NCBI GenBank assembly: GCA_964610205.1
Contig: CAZSVI010000022.1
Span: forward strand, 1 to 36,364
DNA: 36,364 nt
Direction: 5' to 3'
Origin: an uncultured Oscillospiraceae bacterium
GTDB lineage: Bacteria; Bacillota; Clostridia; DSM-8532
In this document: positions 18,997 through 28,769 of the stretch, piece by piece
Layout: the number at the start of each line of letters is the position of its first letter
Numbering within the stretch: the stretch's first letter is position 1
Notes under the pieces: model-generated
Told to the model about the DNA's origin: nothing
The model's database searches: none
What the model saw: the letters and a program-made list of their open reading frames with translations, nothing else
Translations under genes and position numbers: made by a program

Positions 18997-20685
18997 TCAT
19001 GATTTCCTATTGGCGGTAACCAATACCCCGGCCAGCATAAACAGCATGCTGAACGCCCAGAAAACAGCGCTTAACCCGATTCCCGCAGAAATGTTTTCGG
19101 ACAGCTCACTTCCATATACATTCTTAACCGACAGAACTCCCACAACGAAATACAAACCGGCCCCCAGGCATAAAATCTGTCCTGTGAAAAGAAGGTAACC
19201 GGGTTTTTTGCTCCTTAGGAACAGAATGATTATGACAGCAAGACAACCCAATAAAACAACGATTACCCCGGTTATAAGCATGGATACGGTTTCCTCTTCC
19301 ATATGAAAAACCCTGCCTGGCGAAGTGCTTTCTCCGGTTTCCGGATGATTTTGACTTACCGCGGCAATTGTTTCCGTTCGGTCTGCAGACGCTTCCTCTT
19401 TCGGAGGCTGCCGGGGAATCACGGTTAAATCCGAACTAAGATTATTTGCCCCGGACTGGAGTATCAAGGTTTCCGTATCAATATTGCCGGCGGCATCGGT
19501 CATAATGAAGGTAATACTGAAAGGTTTGTCTTCATTGGTGCATAAATAGCTTCTTGCGCGAAAACTTTCTTTCTGCCGGTCGTAATATAATTCTTCGCGC
19601 CATGTATCGTTATAATACGTATAATTGTCAATACCGTTTATTTCAGCGTTACAGAAGGCCAGATCCATATCCGGATCGGTAGCATAAATATCAAAATGCC
19701 AGGTATCCCCAATCTGTTGGGTAATTTCACACTGTAATATTTCCGGTTTTTCACTTCCATGGGGTAATCCAAGAGCGCTTTTTATATATAGAGCCTCAAT
19801 TGGTCTTTCTTTTATCATGTTCCCATACTCTGTCAGATACTGTGCGCTGTTTTGCCGGATAACCTCCGGCGGCAGTTCCATGAACTCTATTAAATTCCTG
19901 AGATCTTCAGCCTCTTCTGTATTTCCGGAGCTTTTAAGGAATTCCAGCCATTCCGGGGAAAAGCGATACGGGTTCAGAGTAACCCAAAGGTTATATGCGG
20001 GTTTGAAGTTCCTTCTTTCCCAGATAAGCTGATTTCCCTCAAGCCTGAAAAAGTTATTCGGATATACCCCTTGCAATGAATATACCGGACATTCACCCAG
20101 ATCAAAAATCACTCTCGCATGTCCTATGGTCCCCCTCCAGAGGGCTCCGGTCTCCAGGACATAGCCTGCGAAGACGTGTCCTGTTGAAACATACGGAAAT
20201 GAGATTTCATAGGTGTGATACAGGGTTTTTGTTTCATTTTTGTTGAATTCAACAGGAAAACTGTACCATTTTGCGTATTTTGCCAGATGGCTCACTTCCT
20301 TCAACGGAGGATTCGGAATTGTGTCTACCAGTGTAACAGGGATTTCACCCTTTTCATCCCGGGCCGTAAAATTTCGTACGGTTATGGCATCTTCCGGACT
20401 AAATTCGGTCACCTCTTCATCAAGCCTTGCCGGAAAACCCATCAGGACCGACTGGGCTTCACCGAAATTTTTAAAGTCAAAACGGCAGGAAACCGTCGCG
20501 CTTGAGTTACCTGTCATTTTTATGATGATTTCCTCGGCTTCCATTGCAATATCCGTTTGGGTAACAGGATAAATACCCTCGGGAGTAATACCCAGCACTC
20601 CGTCATTCCCGGACACATTAAGAACCGGTGAAAGAACATACAACAGAATAACAGAAAGAAGAACCTTTTTAAATATATTTTTCAT
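18997..20685 (-). CDS. uncharacterized membrane protein: signal peptide, ~430-aa extracytoplasmic domain, Pro/Glu-rich linker, three C-terminal TM helices
   Basis: MKNIFKKVLLSVILLYVLSPVLNVSG signal. C-terminal helices MLITGVIVVLLGCLAVIIILFL, LLFTGQILCLGAGLYFVVGVL and ISAGIGLSAVFWAFSMLFMLAGVLV. No recognisable catalytic motif. Start moved to the ATG at 20685 from the track's TTG at 20703. Confidence 0.55.
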   Translation of the reverse strand: MKNIFKKVLLSVILLYVLSPVLNVSGNDGVLGITPEGIYPVTQTDIAMEAEEIIIKMTGNSSATVSCRFDFKNFGEAQSVLMGFPARLDEEVTEFSPEDAITVRNFTARDEKGEIPVTLVDTIPNPPLKEVSHLAKYAKWYSFPVEFNKNETKTLYHTYEISFPYVSTGHVFAGYVLETGALWRGTIGHARVIFDLGECPVYSLQGVYPNNFFRLEGNQLIWERRNFKPAYNLWVTLNPYRFSPEWLEFLKSSGNTEEAEDLRNLIEFMELPPEVIRQNSAQYLTEYGNMIKERPIEALYIKSALGLPHGSEKPEILQCEITQQIGDTWHFDIYATDPDMDLAFCNAEINGIDNYTYYNDTWREELYYDRQKESFRARSYLCTNEDKPFSITFIMTDAAGNIDTETLILQSGANNLSSDLTVIPRQPPKEEASADRTETIAAVSQNHPETGESTSPGRVFHMEEETVSMLITGVIVVLLGCLAVIIILFLRSKKPGYLLFTGQILCLGAGLYFVVGVLSVKNVYGSELSENISAGIGLSAVFWAFSMLFMLAGVLVTANRKS

Positions 20686-20854
20686 CCTATTTCGCCCCCG
20701 CAAGAATTTGTATGGTTTTAATCAGCAATAAAAATCCATTATAATAAGACGTAAAAATCGCGTAATAGTTTCACAATGGTTTCTTTTTTTAATCAATACA
20801 ATATGATTATATGTTACAGGTCAGAGGTAATACCTCTCAATCCGCGGGGCCTGA

Positions 20855-21115
20855 TTTATTGGGTCGAGCCATGTGGTGCGTTCCGGTGGGTACGCACCTT
20901 TATTCGGATGTTTCACTCCTTGTGCGACAAAGCACTTACTACTACTCCCGTTCTTAGCATAGAAAAGTGTCGTAGTGTGAGGTCTCCATATCCCGGGTCG
21001 CTCAATTGCTCGCTTTAAGGCTGATAATAGCAGTATGGCTTCGCAGATGTCGCCCTGCGTCATTGAAAAGAGGTGCGCACCCACCGGAGCGCACCGGCAA
21101 TGCCTCGACCCACTA
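20855..21115. other. 260-bp element bounded by ~43-bp imperfect inverted arms (structured-ncRNA or MITE candidate)
   Basis: The left arm TTGGGTCGAGCCATGTGGTGCGTTCCGGTGGGTACGCACC (20855-20897) is the reverse complement of the right arm GGTGCGCACCCACCGGAGCGCACCGGCAATGCCTCGACCCA (21072-21115). Each arm also contains a local hairpin (GGTGCGT..ACGCACC). Local GC is higher than the flanks. The only ORFs inside (80 aa and 87 aa) lack an RBS and have non-protein-like composition. Confidence 0.45.
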
Positions 21116-21228
21116 AAGCATCCGAACCACCCGCTATGTTAACCTGACTGTACGTCTGAATAGTAACTCCTGAAGCTTTGCTTCAGAAGCGGTGGTGAAT
21201 ATGAAATTTTCCTATTCGTTATAAATCT

Positions 21229-23907
21229 TTATACATTATCCTGTCGGCTGATTTCGTATTGGAATGAATAGCAGCCTGAGCCAAGCTTTACGGTTATATC
21301 TTCTGTATTTTCCCGTATATCGGTAATTTTACGGGTGTTCTCCGGCATTTCAACAAGGGACGCATCGGTCAAAAACGGGAAGAAAAGAGTTGCCGTGGTG
21401 TTGGGCGGTATTGTTACCTCGATAATCATCCGGTTATTTTCAATCCGCCATTGGATACCGGCCATACCATACATTGTATCAAGGAAAGCTTTTGCGTGTT
21501 TTATTCCCTCGCCCGGCAGGGGTTTAAAAATAATATGCTTATACCCGGGGGATGATTCATCAATATCCAGTCCCGCCATAACCTGAAACATCCAGTCCCC
21601 TACGGTGCCATAGGCATAGTGATTGTACGAGTTCATGTCGGAGCTCCAGAACGATCCGTCGGGTTTAATGCCGTCCCAATGCTCCCAGATGGTGGTTGCA
21701 CCTTTTGTTATCGGATAAATCCAGGAAGGATAGTCGGTCTGAAGCAGCAATTTGTATGCCGCGTCGACCCTTCCGTTCCGGCTTAAAACATGACACAGGT
21801 AAGGCGTTCCTAAAAAACCCGTTTTCAAATGCCAGTTGTTATCTTCAAGCATTTTAACCAATGTATTAATAATACGCTTTTTGTCTTTTTTGTCTGCCAG
21901 ATCGAACATTAAAACCAGTACGCAGGCAGTTTGAGTATCTGCTGCCAGTCTTCCACAAGGAGTTATGAACTCATTTCGGAAAGCTTCGGCAATAGTTTCA
22001 TAAAGGAGATTATACTCATCCGCATCATTTTTTTTGTTTAAAGCTTTTGCGATTTTAGCCAGCAGTCGCGCAGAATACGCATAAAAAGCGGTTGCTGTCA
22101 AATCATTCGGTGTCGCGCCACAGCAGCTGCCCTCTTCTGCGTCCAGAGCCAGCCAATCACCGAAATGAGAGCCTGTATTCCAGATGAGACCGTTTTCAGC
22201 ATGATTCCGTATGTAGCTTACCCAGGCCTTCATACTTTCATATTGTTCTGCCAGAATTCTTTTATCACCGAAGCAAAGGTAAACGGTCCAGGGACAGATG
22301 ACAGCGGCATCAGCCCATCCTGTAGCCGAATATGAATCAGAAGCAAGTATATGAGGAACAACATGGGGTACGCTTCCGTCCTCCAACTGATCTGATTTTA
22401 AATCATGAAGCCACTTTTTATAGAATACGGCGGTATTCATATTAAAGCAGGCCGTTCTGGCAAAAACCTGGGCATCCCCGGTCCATCCCAGACGTTCATC
22501 GCGTTGGGGGCAATCGGTGGGAATATCAACGAAGTTTCCTTTTTGTCCCCACAGAATATTATGATAGAGCTGGTTTACGAGATTGTTGGAACAGGAGAAA
22601 TCGCCGGTTTTTTTCATATCCGAATGGATTACAACTCCTGTGAAGCTGTTTTTGTCAGGTTCTCCCGGATAAGCTTCTATTTTTACATAACGGAAACCCT
22701 GAAAGGTAAAATGCGGTTCAAAAGTTTCAATGCCATCTCCTTTCAGGATATATTCTATGGTCTGGCGGGCGCTTCGAAGGTTTTCGGTATAGAAGCCGCC
22801 CTCCTCATCCAGCACCTCGGCATGCTTTAATATAACGCGGCTGCCACGGGATCCTTTTACAGAAAAACGCATCCATCCAACCATGTTTTGTCCCATATCA
22901 AGAACAGTCTCCCCTTTGGGTGTTTTAAACAGCGCAATGGGGGAAAGGGTTTCAATCTTCCTGACCGGTAAACCTTCCTGAGGGATAAGAATGCGTTTGT
23001 CTGTCTGAACAAGGTGAACCGGCTGCCAGGCGGAATCATCAAAATCCGGTAAATCCCAGCCCGGGATTTCCAGACGGGCGTCATAGGTCTCCCCATGATA
23101 GAATTCACTCATCAGGATGGGCCCGCCGGTGGTTTTCCAGCTTTCGTCGGCTAGAATAACCTCTTCGCTGCCATCCTGGCATGTAATATATAACATGAGG
23201 GATAAGGCTGTCCTGTTACCGTAAAGACTGTTGTTTTTTTTATTACAGTTTGCAAGATATCCTTTGTACCACCCATTGCTCACTGTGGCGCAAACGGCGT
23301 TCCAGCCCTGCTTAAGCATTGAGGCAACATCATATGTCTGGCATTGCAGCCGCTTTTTATAATCTGTCCATCCGGGGGCAAACAAATCTTCTCCCACCCT
23401 TTGTCCATTTATATATAGTTCATATATACCAAGGCTGGTTGAGTAAATTCGTGCCGAACGGATTATACCCTTTGTGCTGAATTCTTTTCTGAAAAGCGGA
23501 CAGGATGATGAAAAATCGGGACTATCAATGTCAGCCGATATGAAGTCGGCTTTCCATTCTTCTGAGTGCAGAATTCCTGTTTCAAAAAAGTGGGATCCAC
23601 TCCATCCGCTTTCATTTCCTTTGTTATCGGTCAATTTTATCCGGTAGAAATAGCGTGTCCGGGAATCAAGCGACGGACCGTCATAAACAATATTTACCGA
23701 CTGATCGGACTTTATAACACCGCTGTCCCATACGGGATCAGTAAAATCATCGTTTCCTTTTGACACCTGGATCCGGTAAGAAGACTGAAGAACACATGTC
23801 TCATCCGATTTCAGAATCCAACTGAAACGAGGATATAAATCGCCGATACCGATTGGATTGTCAAGATATTCGCAGGTTGGCCGGTTCATTTTTAACACTA
23901 TAATCAC
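21229..23907 (-). CDS. alpha-L-rhamnosidase, glycoside hydrolase family 78
   Basis: 892 aa. The N-terminus (NPIGIGDLYPRFSWIL), the Bac_rhamnosid N and beta-sandwich domains, and the (alpha/alpha)6 catalytic domain (DCPQRDERLGWTGDAQV) are collinear with bacterial GH78 enzymes. Start is uncertain: GTG at 23907 or ATG at 23889. Confidence 0.85.
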   Translation of the reverse strand: MIIVLKMNRPTCEYLDNPIGIGDLYPRFSWILKSDETCVLQSSYRIQVSKGNDDFTDPVWDSGVIKSDQSVNIVYDGPSLDSRTRYFYRIKLTDNKGNESGWSGSHFFETGILHSEEWKADFISADIDSPDFSSSCPLFRKEFSTKGIIRSARIYSTSLGIYELYINGQRVGEDLFAPGWTDYKKRLQCQTYDVASMLKQGWNAVCATVSNGWYKGYLANCNKKNNSLYGNRTALSLMLYITCQDGSEEVILADESWKTTGGPILMSEFYHGETYDARLEIPGWDLPDFDDSAWQPVHLVQTDKRILIPQEGLPVRKIETLSPIALFKTPKGETVLDMGQNMVGWMRFSVKGSRGSRVILKHAEVLDEEGGFYTENLRSARQTIEYILKGDGIETFEPHFTFQGFRYVKIEAYPGEPDKNSFTGVVIHSDMKKTGDFSCSNNLVNQLYHNILWGQKGNFVDIPTDCPQRDERLGWTGDAQVFARTACFNMNTAVFYKKWLHDLKSDQLEDGSVPHVVPHILASDSYSATGWADAAVICPWTVYLCFGDKRILAEQYESMKAWVSYIRNHAENGLIWNTGSHFGDWLALDAEEGSCCGATPNDLTATAFYAYSARLLAKIAKALNKKNDADEYNLLYETIAEAFRNEFITPCGRLAADTQTACVLVLMFDLADKKDKKRIINTLVKMLEDNNWHLKTGFLGTPYLCHVLSRNGRVDAAYKLLLQTDYPSWIYPITKGATTIWEHWDGIKPDGSFWSSDMNSYNHYAYGTVGDWMFQVMAGLDIDESSPGYKHIIFKPLPGEGIKHAKAFLDTMYGMAGIQWRIENNRMIIEVTIPPNTTATLFFPFLTDASLVEMPENTRKITDIRENTEDITVKLGSGCYSFQYEISRQDNV

Positions 23908-24060
23908 CCCATTGTTTTATTATGTATAATCATCTATATTTATTATATAAGGTTTTTTGCTTTGGAAATAGAACAAACCGGTATAGGAATAGCACAAATC
24001 TGATATAGGATACATTTGCATAAATACAAATGTTTAAATAAGCTTAAGCGAAGGTGGCGG

Positions 24061-24918
24061 ATGGAGAACAGGAACGGAACCGTGTCAATCAGGGATCATG
24101 GCTATGGTTTGCTGGTGAAGCGTTATGATCACGAAATTAGAACATTGAGACACAACCATGATTTTTATGAGCTTGTTTTAGTGGAGATGGGTTTTTCCAT
24201 GCACCGGATGGGAGAGGAGCTGTCGCTGCTTATACCCGGGGACATTATTATTCTGCCTCCGGGTATGGATCATGAATACTGGAAGTCTGTAAACAACGCG
24301 GTTTACAACTGTCTGTTTTATCCTGAAGTTTTGGGAGAGGATCTCATCACACTGAATAAGCTTCCATTTCTAAACAGGATATTTTCTTCTTCTGAACGTC
24401 CTTCCTGTTATAAAGCGCATTTAGGTGCGGATATCCGATTTGAAGTACTGGGTCTTCTAAAAATAATGGAAAATGAATGCGGCAGAAAACCAACAGGATG
24501 GGAAATCCGTTCAAAGGCCATGCTGACGAATCTGATGGTTCTCCTGTCCAGAGCATGGTCCGAAGATTCAGCGTACATTTCCGATACCAATCCCGTAAAG
24601 TATATGTGTTCAACCGGAATAATGCATATTATGGAGCTTTCTCCTCAGGACAAAACCAGCATAGAAGAGATTGCCCGTGCCGCGGGATACAGCACCGAAT
24701 ATTTTTCCAGAGTATTTAAAAAGATGACCGGAATGTCTCCTTTAGCTTATTTGAAAATGGTCAGAATAGCAGAGGCTTCGGAAAAACTTCTGGGAAGTGA
24801 TCTTCCCATCGCAAGGGTCGCGGAGTCAGCCGGTTTTATGGATGTTAACTATTTTTCCAGGCTGTTCAAGAAGGAAACGGGGAAGAAACCTACCGAATTC
24901 AGAAAGTTATCAAGGTAA
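24061..24918 (+). CDS. AraC/XylS-family transcriptional regulator (cupin-like sensor + HTH), divergent from the GH78 gene
   Basis: C-terminal double HTH IEEIARAAGYSTEYFSRVFKKMTGMSPLAYL....IARVAESAGFMDVNYFSRLFKKETGKKPTEF. ATG at 24061 follows AAGGTGG. Confidence 0.85.
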   Translation: MENRNGTVSIRDHGYGLLVKRYDHEIRTLRHNHDFYELVLVEMGFSMHRMGEELSLLIPGDIIILPPGMDHEYWKSVNNAVYNCLFYPEVLGEDLITLNKLPFLNRIFSSSERPSCYKAHLGADIRFEVLGLLKIMENECGRKPTGWEIRSKAMLTNLMVLLSRAWSEDSAYISDTNPVKYMCSTGIMHIMELSPQDKTSIEEIARAAGYSTEYFSRVFKKMTGMSPLAYLKMVRIAEASEKLLGSDLPIARVAESAGFMDVNYFSRLFKKETGKKPTEFRKLSR

Positions 24919-25113
24919 TATAAAAATTACCTCGTTATGCTGAATTTTGTAAACTTTTTGTTCTGCTTTGTTAATAAAAACCCCGGGTTGTTTTTAACAA
25001 AACGGGTTCATTCGGAGACAATGCCATTGCACTGGGCGCAGCGGTGCTGGTCGCTGAAGCTTATCTGGAAAGCAGGATTTTAGGCTGAATAATATTCCTG
25101 ACAGATTGAAAGC

Positions 25114-26352
25114 TTACTTGAACCTGTAATCATAAACCCTTTTGGATTTTTTCTCCGAACGGGGTAAATCACCTATACTTACACACTCACAGGAAATTTT
25201 TATTCCAATCTTCACTTTGAAAGTCCGGAGGATATCTTTTATAACCTGGTGCTTATCGGCGTTTTCCCGGGTTTCCACTTTCAGTGTCATCATGTCCTTG
25301 CCGTCCAGATGCTCGATAATAACCTGATATTCGCTTGAAAGTCCTTCAACGCATCTTATCGCGTCCTCAATCTGACCGGGGTATATATTCACTCCCTTCA
25401 CCTTGATCATATCATCGGTCCTGCCGACAATCCTGTCAATCATAGGATAGTCCCTTCCGCAGCTGCATTTTTGGGGTATAATTCTTGTCAGGTCGTGAGT
25501 GCGGTAACGGATAAGGGGAGCGGCTTCTTTTTTCAGGGTGGTAATAACCAGTTCTCCGACCTCTCCTTCAGGAAGAACTTCACCATTTTCAGGGTTAATA
25601 ACCTCAAAATAGAAATAGTCATTCCAGTAATGTATGCCCTCATGCTTCTCGCAGTCAATTCCTATGCCGGGACCATATATTTCAGTTAATCCATATATAT
25701 CAAACAATTCGATCCGCAGTTCATCAGAGATCCGCTTTCTCATAAGATCTCCCCAGCGTTCCGAACCTATAACCCCCCGTTTTAAATTGATTTTATCCAA
25801 AAGATTACGGTTTTTAACCTCTTCGGCAAGGAGCAGGGCATAGGAGGATGTAGCGCAAAGCACGGTAGACTGCAAATCCACCATAAGCTGAAGCTGTTTT
25901 TCAGTATTACCGGGACCTATCGGAATGGCCATTGCGCCTAATTTTTCGCAGCCTGCCTGGAATCCAATTCCTGCTGTCCAGAGCCCATAACCCGGAGTAA
26001 TCTGAATTCTGTCCAGGTTTGTAACTCCGGCCAATTCATAGCAGCGTGCGAACATGATTGTCCAGTTCTCCACATCAGCTTTCGTATAGGGAATGATAAC
26101 AGGTTTTCCCGTTGTTCCCGATGAGGAATGAATTCTGACAACCCCTTCGTCGGGTATGGCCTGAAGGCCAAGAGGATATGCGTTGCGGAGATCATGCTTG
26201 CAGCTGAAGGGTATCTTCCGGAAATCTTCTATTGATGCAATGTCACCCGCTTCCACGCGGTTACCGGAAAACAGCTTTTTATAGAAGGGGCTGTTCCTTG
26301 CCGCATAATCGACGGCAGATTTTAAAGCAGCGAATTCTACCGTTTTTATCAT
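25114..26352 (-). CDS. phenylacetate--CoA ligase family protein (PaaK-like arylacetate/acyl-CoA ligase)
   Basis: 412 aa. The AMP-binding motif SSGTTGKP and a PaaK-family C-terminal domain. Sits immediately downstream of iorAB on the same strand, and its start overlaps the iorB stop by 4 nt. Confidence 0.8.
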   Translation of the reverse strand: MIKTVEFAALKSAVDYAARNSPFYKKLFSGNRVEAGDIASIEDFRKIPFSCKHDLRNAYPLGLQAIPDEGVVRIHSSSGTTGKPVIIPYTKADVENWTIMFARCYELAGVTNLDRIQITPGYGLWTAGIGFQAGCEKLGAMAIPIGPGNTEKQLQLMVDLQSTVLCATSSYALLLAEEVKNRNLLDKINLKRGVIGSERWGDLMRKRISDELRIELFDIYGLTEIYGPGIGIDCEKHEGIHYWNDYFYFEVINPENGEVLPEGEVGELVITTLKKEAAPLIRYRTHDLTRIIPQKCSCGRDYPMIDRIVGRTDDMIKVKGVNIYPGQIEDAIRCVEGLSSEYQVIIEHLDGKDMMTLKVETRENADKHQVIKDILRTFKVKIGIKISCECVSIGDLPRSEKKSKRVYDYRFK

Positions 26353-26936
26353 TTTTGTTTCATCTCCTCTATGGTTTTAATTCCCGAATAAAACGCGTTA
26401 ATATTTATATCCAAAAACCTTGGATTAATATTTTTTTTCATGGACTTTAAAATGCTTTCTTTTGACATATCTAAAACTCCCAGAGCAAAGGCAACACCGA
26501 TAAGAACCGTGTTTACCGCCATTACCGAACCGCTGTGAACCGCGAGACTGTCGGCGTCAACAAATACCGCATTACTGTTTTTTGATATTGCATCCACCAT
26601 TTTTTCAGCGTTATATTCCGTTATTCCCAATGCTGCTGATACAGGTGTGATGGAGGCTTTATTTATTATTGCGCAGCCGGTTTTATTAAGGTAGACAATA
26701 TTTCTTGCTCCCTCGCAAAGCTCAAATGATATAAGCAGATCGGCGCTTCCTTCGGGTATATAAGGAGAATATGTGTCACCAATCCTGACATGGCTGACAA
26801 CACAGCCTCCCCGCTGGCTCATACCGATTGTTTCACCTGTTCTGGCGTTTCTTCCATCAAAAACCGCACTGCAGGCCAGTATTTTAGAGGCAAGTATTGT
26901 TCCCTGTCCTCCGACTCCCGATATTAAAATATCCAT
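26349..26936 (-). CDS. iorB: indolepyruvate:ferredoxin oxidoreductase, beta subunit
   Basis: MDILISGVGGQGTILASKILA is the N-terminus of the pyruvate/ketoisovalerate oxidoreductase gamma-type domain. The ATG overlaps the iorA TAA as TAATG. The track's upstream extension to 26984 is unlikely. Confidence 0.8.
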   Translation of the reverse strand: MDILISGVGGQGTILASKILACSAVFDGRNARTGETIGMSQRGGCVVSHVRIGDTYSPYIPEGSADLLISFELCEGARNIVYLNKTGCAIINKASITPVSAALGITEYNAEKMVDAISKNSNAVFVDADSLAVHSGSVMAVNTVLIGVAFALGVLDMSKESILKSMKKNINPRFLDININAFYSGIKTIEEMKQK

Positions 26937-28720
26937 TACAATACCTCCTGCCTTATGCTGTTTGTCGGGCATACATTGATACATAGACCGCAGCCGTTAC
27001 ATAATGTATTGCTGATTTCCAGTTTTTTGTCCTTAACAACAAAAGCGGGACATCCTGTTTCCCTGACGCATTTTTCACATCCGGTGCAATTCTCAATCCT
27101 GCAGATTTTATCGGATCTAAAATGGGCGACACAGGGGGCTTCGAAAATGATGACACTCACACCGTCAAAGGCAGACGCATTTCGTACTGTCTTAACAGCC
27201 ATATCCGTATCGAATGGATTGACTTTCCTGGCAAATCCAACGTTTAGCGCTTTTACCGCTTCCAATATGTCAATTTTCCGTGTCGCCGTATTCATCATGG
27301 TTTTGCCGGTACCCGGATGGGGTTGGTGGCCTGTCATTGCTGTTGTGGAATTATCCAGAATGATGATATTGATATTCGTGTTGTTATAAACCGCATTAAC
27401 AAGCCCTGTCATCCCGGATGCAAAAAACGTGCTGTCGCCGATAAAAGCAAAGGCGTTTGTATCGGGCTCCGCCCGCTTAATTCCCTGCGCAATGGTTATC
27501 CCGGCTCCCATGCAAAGGCAGGTATCGGTCATTTCAAGAGGTTTTCCGTTTCCGAGGGTATAACAGCCGATATCACCGCAGAAAACGGATTTCTTTCCTT
27601 TCATGGCCTTTTTCACGGCGTAAAAGCCCGCTCTGTGGGGGCAGCCCGCGCAAAGAACAGGAGAACGCATTGGAAGGTCAATGATGGGTTTATTGTCAAA
27701 ATTCCGTGGGCTAATGCCAAGAAATTTTTCTATGATTTTCAGTGTATTATTGTATTTCAATTCTCCCGCCGGGGAAACAAAGCCGTTAAGCTTTCCGAAT
27801 ACCGGCCTTTGGATTCCCTTTACGCCAAGCGTGTGATAAAGCTGTTCCTCTATGACCGGATCCAGTTCTTCGAGTACAAGAACCTTTTCAACTTTTTGCA
27901 GGAATTCACTGTAAAGATCTGTCGGCGGAGGGAACACCGCTCCTGATTTTAACAGTGTAACATCCAGGCCGCAGGCTTCGATAATATCCTTAACAATCGC
28001 ATAGGTGACGCCTCCTGCCGCAATTCCGTATTTCCCATCTCCTTCAATCCTGTTAAATTGAAGCTTACTGAAAATATCAGATATCTCCTTTTGCTGTTCC
28101 TCAATTTCAAGATGGCGGCGGTAGGAAAGGGGAGGAAAAACAACCCATTTAGGATCCTTAACAAAACCTTCGGGCGTATATTCATATCTGTTTTCATCCA
28201 CTTCAATCGTTCCGCTGCTGTGGCATACCTTTGTTGTCGGCCGCAGTATAACAGGAAGGCATACCCTTTCGGAAAGCTCAAAGGCGTATTTTGCCATTTC
28301 ATACGCTTCTTCCGGAGATGACGGATCAAGAACAGGTATGTTGGCAAACTTGCCAAAATGACGGGTATCCTGTTCTGTCTGGGATGATATTGGCCCTGGG
28401 TCATCAGCAACCACAATAACCATGCCTCCTTTAATTCCAATAACGCCCAGACTCATCAGGGGATCAGACGCCACATTCAGCCCGACCTGCTTCATGGTTA
28501 CCATGCTTCTTGCGCCGCACCAGGAAGCGCCTGCGGCTACTTCGAGAGCGGCTTTTTCATTTGTTGACCACTCCACGTGAATTTTTCCGTCTTTGTTGTA
28601 GCGTGCCGCACTCTCCAGCACCTCTGTGGACGGCGTTCCCGGATAACCGCTCACAATCTTAACTCCCGCCGCAACTGCACCAAGGGCTATGGCTGTGTTT
28701 CCAAGAAGGTTCTCTTTCAA
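26936..28720 (-). CDS. iorA: indolepyruvate:ferredoxin oxidoreductase, alpha subunit (TPP-binding, two 4Fe-4S clusters)
   Basis: TPP-binding GDSTFFASGMTGL and C-terminal CxxCxxCxxxCP ferredoxin motifs. A TTG start at 28720, 6 nt after AAGGGTGA, is preferred over the track's GTG at 28729. Confidence 0.85.
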   Translation of the reverse strand: MKENLLGNTAIALGAVAAGVKIVSGYPGTPSTEVLESAARYNKDGKIHVEWSTNEKAALEVAAGASWCGARSMVTMKQVGLNVASDPLMSLGVIGIKGGMVIVVADDPGPISSQTEQDTRHFGKFANIPVLDPSSPEEAYEMAKYAFELSERVCLPVILRPTTKVCHSSGTIEVDENRYEYTPEGFVKDPKWVVFPPLSYRRHLEIEEQQKEISDIFSKLQFNRIEGDGKYGIAAGGVTYAIVKDIIEACGLDVTLLKSGAVFPPPTDLYSEFLQKVEKVLVLEELDPVIEEQLYHTLGVKGIQRPVFGKLNGFVSPAGELKYNNTLKIIEKFLGISPRNFDNKPIIDLPMRSPVLCAGCPHRAGFYAVKKAMKGKKSVFCGDIGCYTLGNGKPLEMTDTCLCMGAGITIAQGIKRAEPDTNAFAFIGDSTFFASGMTGLVNAVYNNTNINIIILDNSTTAMTGHQPHPGTGKTMMNTATRKIDILEAVKALNVGFARKVNPFDTDMAVKTVRNASAFDGVSVIIFEAPCVAHFRSDKICRIENCTGCEKCVRETGCPAFVVKDKKLEISNTLCNGCGLCINVCPTNSIRQEVL

Positions 28721-28769
28721 ATAAATCACCCTTAATCAAATATTATTTTTCAATGAGCGCTTGCGCGAA

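Noticed and set aside
20776-21084. 80-aa (+) and 87-aa (-) ORFs inside the inverted-repeat element
   Set aside because: No RBS, mutually overlapping, and the DNA is dominated by long inverted repeats. Treated as non-coding.
26870-26990. Apparent 1-nt offset between my manual base count and ORF-track coordinates around 26881-26985
   Set aside because: Probably my mis-parsing of one printed line. Counts agree again at 28729 and 28883. Track coordinates were used for iorA/iorB boundaries.
26955-28440. Plus-strand ORFs (144, 209, 87, 163 aa) within iorA
   Set aside because: Antisense to the TPP/ferredoxin-motif-containing iorA. No independent support.
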